Positions 11,038-19,031 of a stretch of DNA of 20,494 bases are shown here, in pieces. How positions within the stretch are numbered: the stretch's first letter is position 1; each line of letters starts with the position of its first letter. Source of the stretch: Microcystaceae cyanobacterium (lineage in GTDB: Bacteria > Cyanobacteriota > Cyanobacteriia > Cyanobacteriales > Microcystaceae). The notes under the pieces were generated by a model. It worked only from the letters and a program-made list of their open reading frames with translations. It did not search any database and was not told the origin of the DNA. The DNA lies in contig JBGTGT010000025.1 of assembly GCA_041746575.1 (NCBI GenBank), positions 1 through 20,494 on the forward strand, written 5' to 3'. The translations under genes were made by a program, and so were the position numbers.

Positions 11038-12243
11038 TTAACGATTAACTGAATCTAACGCTTGATATAATTCTATTGCCGTTTGATAGCGATCGCCGAT
11101 CTTCAGTTGAGTCGCTTTCCGAATAATCTGGGTTAAGGAAGCTGAAATTTGGCTAAAATGAGCAATATTTAGCATAGTAACCTCCTTTTCGGTCTGAAAA
11201 TAGGTTAGTGGCGATTCTCCTGTTATTAAATACACTAAAGTGGTACCAACTGCATAAAGATCCGCTTGAGGGCTAAATTTACCTAAATTCTGCTCAGGTG
11301 CAGTATATCCTTCCACGCCAATCCGTGTACTAATGGCCGCGCCAATTTCTTTGACTGCACCAAAATCGATGAGCATGATGCGACGCTCTACTGCTTTTAA
11401 GAGTAAATTCGCTGGTTTAACGTCCCGATGCACTAAAGGAGGATTTAAACCATGCAAATAGGCTAAAATTTCACAGGTTTGCTTCATCCAATCAATGGCC
11501 TGTTCTACACTCACTGTTCCTCGTTGTTGAATATAGTCTTCAAGGTTTTGACCATGAATGAGTTCCATGACTAGATATTTTTGACCCTTTTCCAGAAAAA
11601 AATCATGATATTGAGGAATACCTGAATGATTAAGACTTTGTAAGATGCGCGCTTCCCGTTCAAATAGTTCCTGTGCCTTCGGAATATGAGCAATATTGGC
11701 ATTTATTTCCTTAATAACAACTAAATGAGGGATAGCCTGCTTAGGATGCTCCTTATCCCATCCCAGGTAAGTCGTCCCCATTCCTCCTTGTCCTAACGTT
11801 CGCAGAATTTGATAACGGCGAATCAAGATTTCTTCTGTCACCATCGGTTGACCACAATGAATACAAAAGAGGTTATTTTCCGCATTTTCTTGATGATCAC
11901 AAAAGGATAAAGCAGGAAGAGTAGTAATCATCTTTTCATTGCTTAATTGAAAGGATAAAACGGGTCCTTTTGGCGCAAAACGAATGCGATCGTTCTCTTG
12001 TAATAGGACTTCAGTCACAAAAACATCATTGACAAACGTTCCATTGACACCATAACTTATTAGTTTCCATTCCTTGGCATTGACTTGACAAATTTCTGCA
12101 TGAAACCGAGAGACGGTGGGAAAATCAAATAAAACTAGCTCATTATCCCGATGTCGACCGATACGAATTCGAGATAATTGCGGAAAATGCCAAGTAGGGG
12201 CAGGGGCTTGCTGAGTGGGTTCAAGTAAAATTAATGAAACCAT
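11038..12243 (-). CDS. FHA-domain Hanks-type Ser/Thr protein kinase
   Basis: FHA motifs IGRH, VSRFHA and NGTFVN. A Cys/His linker ends in FCIHCG. Kinase motifs GQGGMG, VIK, HRDVKPAN, DFG and APE. Start chosen at ATG 12243 to avoid overlap with the upstream gene. Confidence 0.93.
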   Translation of the reverse strand: MVSLILLEPTQQAPAPTWHFPQLSRIRIGRHRDNELVLFDFPTVSRFHAEICQVNAKEWKLISYGVNGTFVNDVFVTEVLLQENDRIRFAPKGPVLSFQLSNEKMITTLPALSFCDHQENAENNLFCIHCGQPMVTEEILIRRYQILRTLGQGGMGTTYLGWDKEHPKQAIPHLVVIKEINANIAHIPKAQELFEREARILQSLNHSGIPQYHDFFLEKGQKYLVMELIHGQNLEDYIQQRGTVSVEQAIDWMKQTCEILAYLHGLNPPLVHRDVKPANLLLKAVERRIMLIDFGAVKEIGAAISTRIGVEGYTAPEQNLGKFSPQADLYAVGTTLVYLITGESPLTYFQTEKEVTMLNIAHFSQISASLTQIIRKATQLKIGDRYQTAIELYQALDSVNR

Positions 12244-12290
12244 TAATTTAAAAAATTTTCGAATTCTATTAATCCTAATTTTGCCTTTAT

Positions 12291-14261
12291 TTACCAATCC
12301 TGATCGTCTAATTCGGGACGCACCTTAATGCGAACCAAGACAGCCGTAATGTTATCATGTCCATTTTTTTGATTGCCTAAATCAATCAGCTTTTGTAATC
12401 CCGTTTCTAAACTTTGACTCGCACTGATTAAGGGTTGTAAATGACCTTCCCAATGATTTTCAATGAGTTGATTATCCGATAATCCATCAGAACACAACAA
12501 GAATAAAGAATCTTCTTGAAGGTGAATATAACGGACTTCAGGCTGAATAAAATGGTTATTATGGGGGCCTAGTGCTTGGGTTAATTGATAGGCATCGGGA
12601 CGACTGTAAGCGATTTCGGGTTCAACGCCGTTTTGAATGGCTCGTTGTCCTACTTCGTGGTCGACGGTGAGTTGTTCTAACCCCCATTTGCGATTGATGC
12701 GATAAATCCGACTATCTCCCACATGAGCGATCGCCGCTTCCGTATTTTGAACTAACATCATTACCAAGGTTGTCCCCATACGTCCACTACCAGAGGTAGA
12801 ATTTTCTTGATTAATATCATAAAGAGTCTGATTTGCCTTAAAAATTCCTTCTTTTATTATCTCTGCATCCGGCAGTTCCCCTTGCCAATGGGTTTGAAAA
12901 TAATCCAATAACGTTTCAACCGCCAAGGCACTAGCCACCTCTCCCGAAGCGTGGCCTCCCATGCCATCACATACAATATATAAGCCTTTTCCTTGGACTT
13001 TTCGTCCCTGATTTGTCTGTTTGAGAGAAATTTGCGTGGCTAATCCAAAGAAATCTTCATTATGGCGGCGTTGTCGTCCTGTATCTGTCAAAGCAGCATC
13101 ACTCACACTTAAGACTTGCATCGGTAAAACGGCGGTGGGTTGTTCATCTCCTCCTTCTAAATAGGTTAAAGGAATCTGGGGACCACTGGTCACTTCCTCA
13201 AAATCATCTTCTATGTCTACTAAAGCGACAGATGATTCCGCCATTGCTAACTGTTCCCGTAAAACCTCGGGCAAATCATCAATATCAAGGGCTTCTCCCG
13301 GCAAATCGTCTGCTAGCTGTTGTGATTCTGCTAACGCTTGTAACTGGTTTTGTAATTCATCCGTTGATTCAATTTTGCCGGATATCACTTGATTTAATAG
13401 ATCTTCTAAGGGATTCAATTGACATTGAATTGGATTTTCTAGCCATTTTTGCCAAATTTCCCCTAAATCTTTTAAAGAGGGAGGCGTTTCCGCAGAATCT
13501 GGGTACAATTGCCCTAGTCCAAATTGTTGATCCTCATCCCCCCGTAAATTTTCTGCCACCAATAGGCTTTGACTATAATGATAGGGAGATAATGCTTGCC
13601 AAAGACTGAGCATTTGCTTGATCCAGTAAATAATTTGCAAAATCGGCAAGGGTTCTTCGGAAATAAGCTCAGAAAGAGATTGCCAATGGCTGCGATCGCT
13701 CAGTAAAATGACTTCTTTATCGGCTTCTTGCCAAGCATCATGAATAGGCGGCAGAACAGGAACAAGCTGTTTGAGTTGAAAATAAGGCAAGGCAAGCTTA
13801 GGAATGCCAATTTGATGCCAAAGATGCTCTTCTTCTTCTGTGGGGTCCTCATCCGTTGGATACTGCTCTAATTCCGTTTCAGGATTGAGAAAAACCTCTA
13901 AGACCGACTTTTGCAAAGGTTGACCATCAATGACTGTCCCTTGAAAAAAATAATAATCCCCCTGTTTTCCCAAGGCGGTGAAGGGTTGTCCGTGATCATC
14001 AATCAACAGGCGATAACGCGCCCCTGCATCGAGATACTCCGTTTCATTTTGCCATAAAATGCTCATCTCAGCCGTGGGAGTCGCCATCACCACCCGCCAG
14101 CGAATCCCCGTTTGAGCGCCACATTGTGGGCAATTCTCTGCGGTAAAGGAAACGGGAAATTGGCACTGGGTACACGCTTGATCTGTCAGGGAAAGACCAC
14201 ATTTTTGACAAAAGCGGTGATTATTGGGGTTTTCAAAATAACAGTGAGGGCAAACCAGCAT
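12291..14261 (-). CDS. PP2C/PPM-family Ser/Thr phosphatase with N-terminal double zinc ribbon
   Basis: Four CxxC pairs at the N-terminus. C-terminal PP2C motifs GRQRRHNED, VCDGMGGH, GTT, HVGDSR, LCSDGL and GHDNIT. Confidence 0.93.
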   Translation of the reverse strand: MLVCPHCYFENPNNHRFCQKCGLSLTDQACTQCQFPVSFTAENCPQCGAQTGIRWRVVMATPTAEMSILWQNETEYLDAGARYRLLIDDHGQPFTALGKQGDYYFFQGTVIDGQPLQKSVLEVFLNPETELEQYPTDEDPTEEEEHLWHQIGIPKLALPYFQLKQLVPVLPPIHDAWQEADKEVILLSDRSHWQSLSELISEEPLPILQIIYWIKQMLSLWQALSPYHYSQSLLVAENLRGDEDQQFGLGQLYPDSAETPPSLKDLGEIWQKWLENPIQCQLNPLEDLLNQVISGKIESTDELQNQLQALAESQQLADDLPGEALDIDDLPEVLREQLAMAESSVALVDIEDDFEEVTSGPQIPLTYLEGGDEQPTAVLPMQVLSVSDAALTDTGRQRRHNEDFFGLATQISLKQTNQGRKVQGKGLYIVCDGMGGHASGEVASALAVETLLDYFQTHWQGELPDAEIIKEGIFKANQTLYDINQENSTSGSGRMGTTLVMMLVQNTEAAIAHVGDSRIYRINRKWGLEQLTVDHEVGQRAIQNGVEPEIAYSRPDAYQLTQALGPHNNHFIQPEVRYIHLQEDSLFLLCSDGLSDNQLIENHWEGHLQPLISASQSLETGLQKLIDLGNQKNGHDNITAVLVRIKVRPELDDQDW

Positions 14262-14538
14262 AGTTAGATTAAGGGGGGCTTATAGGAGAAAAAAGGGAGC
14301 AAACACAGCATAAATAGCTGAATTATTTTAGAAGTATCTGATTTTTGGTCAATTTTACCCATAAGAAACTCTCCTTATTTCAAAATTTTCCCTCAATCCG
14401 ATCTCTATCCTTTCAATGTATGCCCTATTAAGCGAAGACTTTAAACGTTGATTCAAATATCTTAATTTTTGAGAGAGAGAACTTTTTCTGTTTTGCGTTA
14501 GGGTGGTCATAGTTTGAAAATTCGCTAAAAAGACAACA

Positions 14539-15234
14539 ATGAAGGGAAAGCAAGTCTTATTAACAGGAGGGACGGGTGGATTAGGCTTAGGCGTTACTCC
14601 CGCTATTCTAGCTCAAGATGCCCAATTGACGCTGACTTACGAAAAACCCGAAGAAGTAACCCGTCTCAAACACCATTTATCAGCGACAGACTTTGCACGA
14701 ATTCGTTTTATCAAAGCAGATCTGAGCAAAGAATCCGTCGTTAAACCGTTAATTCAAGATTTAGGACGGGTGGATGTCCTTATTCATCTCGTTGGTTATT
14801 TTTCAATGGGCAAAACCGAGGATTTTTCCCTAGAAGATTGGCAATTATGCTTTGATGTGAACGTCAAAACGACTTTTCTGTTATGTAAATATGTTCTACA
14901 GTCCATGAGAACGACAGGTTATGGCAGAATTGTAACAATTGGTTCACGAGGGGCAGTTCAACCGGGGGCGCAAGTGGCGGCCTATTGTGCCTCAAAAGCG
15001 GCGGTGGTGGCTTTTACCCAATCCCTTGCCCAAGAAACCAAAGACCTGAATATTACCGCTAATACCGTTCTGCCCAGCATCATTGATACCCCCTACAATC
15101 GGGAGACGATGGGGCAAGAAAACGCCCAGCAATGGGTTAAACCCGAATCTTTAGCTGAAGTGATTTGTTTTTTAGCCTCAGAAGCCGCAAAAGAGATCCG
15201 AGGGGCGGCTATTCCTGTCTATGGGGTTGTTTGA
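14539..15234 (+). CDS. Short-chain dehydrogenase/reductase (FabG-like SDR)
   Basis: TGGTGGLG Rossmann motif, catalytic Ser (IGS) and YCASK. Confidence 0.92.
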   Translation: MKGKQVLLTGGTGGLGLGVTPAILAQDAQLTLTYEKPEEVTRLKHHLSATDFARIRFIKADLSKESVVKPLIQDLGRVDVLIHLVGYFSMGKTEDFSLEDWQLCFDVNVKTTFLLCKYVLQSMRTTGYGRIVTIGSRGAVQPGAQVAAYCASKAAVVAFTQSLAQETKDLNITANTVLPSIIDTPYNRETMGQENAQQWVKPESLAEVICFLASEAAKEIRGAAIPVYGVV

Positions 15235-15294
15235 GCCACGCAAAGATTCTATCAATCGTAACTGCTACTTAAACAGACACTTAGCTTTCTGTCA

Positions 15295-15640
15295 CACTTC
15301 AACGGCTGAAGAGCATCAGCACACCTAGAATACAAAGCAACGTCCCTTGACTTGATTGGGTGAAAAAAAGACCGTCGATGGTCTGAAACCTGATACCTGA
15401 TGTTGCGTCTCAATCAATAAGGACAAGTGGATTGTCCTCGGTGTGAGAGTAAGAAAAATGAAAAAGTTCGGTGCTTTAACGACTTCGCTGTTACTAACGG
15501 CGAGTTTGCTCGTCTATTCTGGGCGTTTTCGTTCAGAGGCGGCTCGTCCACAGTTTCATCCCCAACAGTGGATTGTACAGATTCGGCCGCCAAGAGAATG
15601 GAGACGACGGATTTTTCGTCTCTTGGCATTCGGGAGTTAC
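15295..15640 (+). ncRNA. 5' part of a candidate large structured RNA (continues at 17096-17139 beyond the IS); family unassigned
   Basis: At least ten nested or adjacent helices found by eye, with G-U pairs favouring the + strand. The terminal stem pairs with 17125-17139. A TAGCTT -10-like hexamer lies at 15282-15287. Confidence 0.5.
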
Positions 15641-15649
15641 CTGACGTGA
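15458..15649 (+). CDS. Possible small ORF (63 aa; 67 aa before IS insertion) with a signal-peptide-like N-terminus
   Basis: MKKFGALTTSLLLTASLLVYSG... It overlaps the structured region and may be spurious. Confidence 0.25.
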   Translation: MKKFGALTTSLLLTASLLVYSGRFRSEAARPQFHPQQWIVQIRPPREWRRRIFRLLAFGSYLT

Positions 15650-17095
15650 GCGAGAAAGCCCTCTCATGAATGAAGAGGCATGATAGCGAACGAAGCGTTT
15701 AGCTAAGGCACTTTTAAGTGTCCTGAAACATAGTACAATACTTTCAATTTAAAGAGGTCGAAATGTACGGTTGTCAGCAAGTTTTAGTAGGTCAAAATAG
15801 GGACTTGATTAATATATTAAAATTCTTGTGTGAAGAGTCCCACAAACTCACGAATATGGGAATTTATTATGCTAGGCAACTATATTTTAAATCTGAAAAA
15901 ATAATAGGCAAGTATGATTTAGAAAAAGAATATAAAGTCAATCCCCACTACAAAGTATTGCACTCTCAAGCGGCACAGCAAATACTAAGAACTGTAGCCG
16001 AGTCGTTTAAATCATACAAAAGTTTAGTCAAAGCTTATCAAAAAGGAGAAACAACCGATAAACCTAAAATACCTAGCTACAGAAAAAAAGCTGGCTTAGC
16101 TACAGTTAGTTATCCCAAGCAAGCACTTAAACTCAAAGATAATAAAATAAGAGTACCTTTAGGAAAGACTTGTAAGCGTTGGTTTGGGTTAGATAGTTTT
16201 TCTATACCAATGCCTAGCAATCTTAATTTTGCTGATATTAAAGAATTGAGAATACTGCCTAGAAATAAATGCTTTTATTTTGAATTTGTCTATAAAAAAG
16301 AAACAGAAAAAGTAACACTTAATCCAGACAACGTATTAGGAATTGACCCTGGCTTAAATAATTGGTTGACTTGTGTCTCTAATGTCGATGCTAGCTTTAT
16401 TGTTGACGGAAAACACATCAAGTCGCTGAATCGTTGGTACAACAAACAAGTAGCGACTATCAAAGAAAATAGACCTCAAGGTTTTTGGAATAAAAAGTTA
16501 GCTATCATCACAGAAAAACGTAACAGACAAATGCGTGATGGTATTAATAAAGCAGCAAGGATTGTCATAAATCATTGCTGGGAGAATAATATTGGAATTG
16601 TTATTTTTGGTTGGAATAAACGCCACAAAGATAGTATCAATATCGGTCAGAAAAATAATTCTGAGTTTGTACCTATCCCTACAGCACGACTCAAAGACAG
16701 AATTGCTCAACTAGCAGAGCAATATGGAATTCAGTTTATCGAAACTGAAGAAAGCTATACCAGTAAAGCTTCGTTTTTAGATGGTGACTATCTGCCTAAA
16801 TATGGTGAAAAACCCGATGATTGGAAGCCTTCAGGAAGAAGAACTAAGCGCGGTTTGTATCGTGTTGGATACAAATGGTGGTATATCAACGCAGACTGTA
16901 ACGGTGCTGCTAATATCATTAGAAAAGTAAGCAGAACGCTAGGCTTAGACCTTAGCCGACTGTCTAGGGGCGTTTTGACTCGTCCCCAAAGGATTAACCT
17001 TTGGTCAGCTAGTGGGAACGTCGGAAGACGAGGTTTTAACCCGTCTGACAACATCCGCTTAGAATCCCCCGTCATTCATGCGGGGGAGTCGTCAA
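15641..17095 (+). mobile_element. IS200/IS605-family element, tnpB-only (IS1341-like, non-autonomous)
   Basis: TTAC target at 15637-15640. AAAG guide and left hairpin at 15655-15678. Right end GAAT + hairpin TCCCCCG-TCATTCATG-CGGGGGA (17065-17087) + terminal TCAA (17092-17095). This is the IS608 end architecture. No TSD, no tnpA. Confidence 0.88.
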
Positions 17096-17121
17096 GACCG
17101 CATACCCTTAAAATGAATTAA
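15763..17121 (+). CDS. tnpB: RNA-guided endonuclease TnpB
   Basis: HSQAAQQ, RuvC-I LGIDPGLNN, EESYTSK and RuvC-III NADCNGAANI. AAGAGG RBS upstream. Confidence 0.94.
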   Translation: MYGCQQVLVGQNRDLINILKFLCEESHKLTNMGIYYARQLYFKSEKIIGKYDLEKEYKVNPHYKVLHSQAAQQILRTVAESFKSYKSLVKAYQKGETTDKPKIPSYRKKAGLATVSYPKQALKLKDNKIRVPLGKTCKRWFGLDSFSIPMPSNLNFADIKELRILPRNKCFYFEFVYKKETEKVTLNPDNVLGIDPGLNNWLTCVSNVDASFIVDGKHIKSLNRWYNKQVATIKENRPQGFWNKKLAIITEKRNRQMRDGINKAARIVINHCWENNIGIVIFGWNKRHKDSINIGQKNNSEFVPIPTARLKDRIAQLAEQYGIQFIETEESYTSKASFLDGDYLPKYGEKPDDWKPSGRRTKRGLYRVGYKWWYINADCNGAANIIRKVSRTLGLDLSRLSRGVLTRPQRINLWSASGNVGRRGFNPSDNIRLESPVIHAGESSRPHTLKMN

Positions 17122-17163
17122 GTTGCCGTTATGGAAGTGATCCTTTAGATTTAAAGTTTAACG

Positions 17164-17847
17164 ATGGATTCTGTTTTTCTAGTCGATTGGCTTCCTTTAT
17201 GCTGGGTCGGTTTATATATAGGGTTATTATTGATTATCGCTGAGGGTTTAGGGCGTTTAACCCAAGTCAAAGGGGAATGGACTCGTAAGATTGTCCACAT
17301 CGGTTCAGGCAATGTTCTCTTATTCGCTTGGTGGCTTGAGATTCCGGCATGGATTGGCATCACGGCGGCAGTCTTTGCCGCTATGGTTGCGCTTATTTCC
17401 TATCGTTTTTCGATTTTACCGAGTATTAATAGTGTCGGTCGTCAGAGTTGGGGAACGTTCTTTTATGCGGTGAGTATTGGCTTATTAATAGCCTTTTTTT
17501 GGCTAAGAGGACAGCCGTATTATGCCGTTTTAGGCATTTTGGTTATGGCATGGGGAGATGGTATGGCGGCTATTATCGGTCAAAAATGGGGCAAACATCA
17601 ATACCAAATTGGTGGCATTACCAAAAGTTGGGAAGGGTCTGCTACGATGTTGATGGTCAGCTTTATGGTCAGTTGTTTGATTTTGGGGTCTGTTTACGGA
17701 AATCATTGGCAAATTTGGCTGATTTCTCTGAGTGTTGCTCTTTTTTCTACCTTATTAGAATCTTTTTCTAAACTGGGAATCGATAATTTAACGGTTCCTC
17801 TCGGTAGCGCGGCTTTAGCTTTTATCTTGGGAAAGGGATTATTTTGA
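17164..17847 (+). CDS. Phytol kinase / dolichol kinase-like membrane protein (CTP-dependent polyprenol kinase family)
   Basis: Multi-TM protein with TRKIVHIG, MAWGDGMAAIIG, KSWEGS and GIDNLTVP motifs. Confidence 0.88.
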   Translation: MDSVFLVDWLPLCWVGLYIGLLLIIAEGLGRLTQVKGEWTRKIVHIGSGNVLLFAWWLEIPAWIGITAAVFAAMVALISYRFSILPSINSVGRQSWGTFFYAVSIGLLIAFFWLRGQPYYAVLGILVMAWGDGMAAIIGQKWGKHQYQIGGITKSWEGSATMLMVSFMVSCLILGSVYGNHWQIWLISLSVALFSTLLESFSKLGIDNLTVPLGSAALAFILGKGLF

Positions 17848-17960
17848 AATAATATAGCGTTTTTTAAAGTTATAAGGTATATTTTCATTAAATTATCTGT
17901 GGTCGATTCCCCGTTCCCTTGTCTTCGTTTCTAACTGCATAAAGCAATAAGGAGATGATT

Positions 17961-18830
17961 GTGTTTAAAATTGCCCTAAAATCGGCTCAATACCAAACCT
18001 ATGTTCTTTCTGATGAAAACGCCTTATCAGAAATCGAAATTGTCCCTGAAAGAGGGGGTATTATTACTCGTTGGCGTATCCAAGGCCAAGAGATTTTATA
18101 CTTAGATGAGGAACGTTTTCGCGACCCTGACCTCAGTGTTCGGGGAGGAATTCCTATTTTATTTCCTATTTGCGGTAATTTGCCCGATAACACTTATGTT
18201 TATCAGAATAAAACCTATTCTCTTAAGCAACATGGCTTTGCAAGAGATTTACCTTGGCAAGTTGCTGATCAAAAGATAGATGAGTGCGCCTGTCTAAGCT
18301 TAATTCTCAACAGCAATGACCAAACAAAAGCGGTCTATCCTTTTGATTTTCAGTTAATATTTACCTACACACTGCAAGGAAACCGTCTTAGCTTGCAGCA
18401 GCGTTATATCAATCTTTCAGACGAGGTGATGCCCTTTTCATCCGGTTTGCATCCTTACTTTTGGGTCGAAAATGCTGATAAACCTCAATTAAGCTTTGAG
18501 ATTCCTAGCTCTCAATATCAAGATCAACGAACCCAAGCGATTTCTCCTTTTACGGCGTCTTTTGATTTTGATGCCTCAGAGATTGATGTAGCGTTTAAGC
18601 CGATTACGGGTCATACTGCCAGTTTCTTTGACAAAAGCCGCAAAATTAAACTCAATCTTCACTATTCTGACGCTTACTCGACCTTAGTATTTTGGACACT
18701 TAAAGAAAAAGACTACATTTGTCTTGAACCTTGGACAGCCGGACGTAATGCCCTCAATACAGGCGAGAACTTGCTTTATTTAGATCCCCATACCCATTTG
18801 GACACTTTAGTCACCTTATTGGTTAATTAA
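17961..18830 (+). CDS. Aldose 1-epimerase / galactose mutarotase-like protein
   Basis: RGGIPILFP, QHGFAR, GLHPYF and ICLEPW. GTG 17961 is better spaced from the AAGGAG RBS than ATG 17955. Confidence 0.92.
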   Translation: MFKIALKSAQYQTYVLSDENALSEIEIVPERGGIITRWRIQGQEILYLDEERFRDPDLSVRGGIPILFPICGNLPDNTYVYQNKTYSLKQHGFARDLPWQVADQKIDECACLSLILNSNDQTKAVYPFDFQLIFTYTLQGNRLSLQQRYINLSDEVMPFSSGLHPYFWVENADKPQLSFEIPSSQYQDQRTQAISPFTASFDFDASEIDVAFKPITGHTASFFDKSRKIKLNLHYSDAYSTLVFWTLKEKDYICLEPWTAGRNALNTGENLLYLDPHTHLDTLVTLLVN

Positions 18831-18838
18831 GAAAAAGA

Positions 18839-18867
18839 TTGCTTTCGGCTAAAATTTCTGTTATGAT
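18839..18867 (+). promoter_or_regulatory. Putative sigma70-type promoter for tRNA-Lys
   Basis: TTGCTT (18839-18844), 17-nt spacer, then extended -10 TGnTATGAT (18862-18867). Confidence 0.55.
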
Positions 18868-18893
18868 TGGAAATCGTGTGAGTAACGCACAAC

Positions 18894-18965
18894 GGGTCGC
18901 TAGCTCAGCGGTAGAGCACTCGGCTTTTAACCGATTGGTCCTGGGTTCGAATCCCAGGCGACCCA
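18894..18965 (+). tRNA. trnK: tRNA-Lys (anticodon TTT)
   Basis: Acceptor GGGTCGC/GCGACCC, D-arm GCTC/GAGC, anticodon loop CTTTTAA, T-arm CTGGG-TTCGAAT-CCCAG. Confidence 0.97.
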
Positions 18966-19031
18966 TAAATTTAGTAGATTCACTAGATAATTAGCGTTGT
19001 TAGATTAAATAAAAATCAAAAAATTCTGTAA

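Noticed and set aside
12244..12297. Longer kinase start overlapping the PP2C stop
   Set aside because: The extension is AT-rich and low-complexity. ATG 12243 directly precedes the FHA domain.
11089..13699. HIP1 octamers GCGATCGC at 11089, 12727 and 13692
   Set aside because: An ordinary cyanobacterial genome signature, used only as a taxonomic hint.
15306..15312. Hammerhead ribozyme core (CTGAAGA)
   Set aside because: I could not build stem II closed by GAAA together with a valid UH cleavage site.
15320..15445. 6S RNA
   Set aside because: A rod-like fold is partly possible, but the segment is only ~125 nt and branched, and it sits inside a larger paired region. Not excluded without an Rfam search, so not called.
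15414..15669. ORFs 15414-15629 (-) and 15427-15669 (+)
   Set aside because: Overlapping short frames with no recognisable family or RBS. The + frame crosses the IS boundary.
15295..17095. IStron (group I intron fused to IS605)
   Set aside because: The structured region lies outside the IS left end and continues past the right end. No convincing group I P7 (R/S) motifs were found.
1283..17888. Short ORFs nested in or antisense to real genes (e.g. 1283-1498, 1792-2136, 2922-3107, 7668-7856, 13232-13609, 16498-16710, 16788-17075, 17151-17888 set)
   Set aside because: Shadow frames of well-supported CDSs with no independent evidence.
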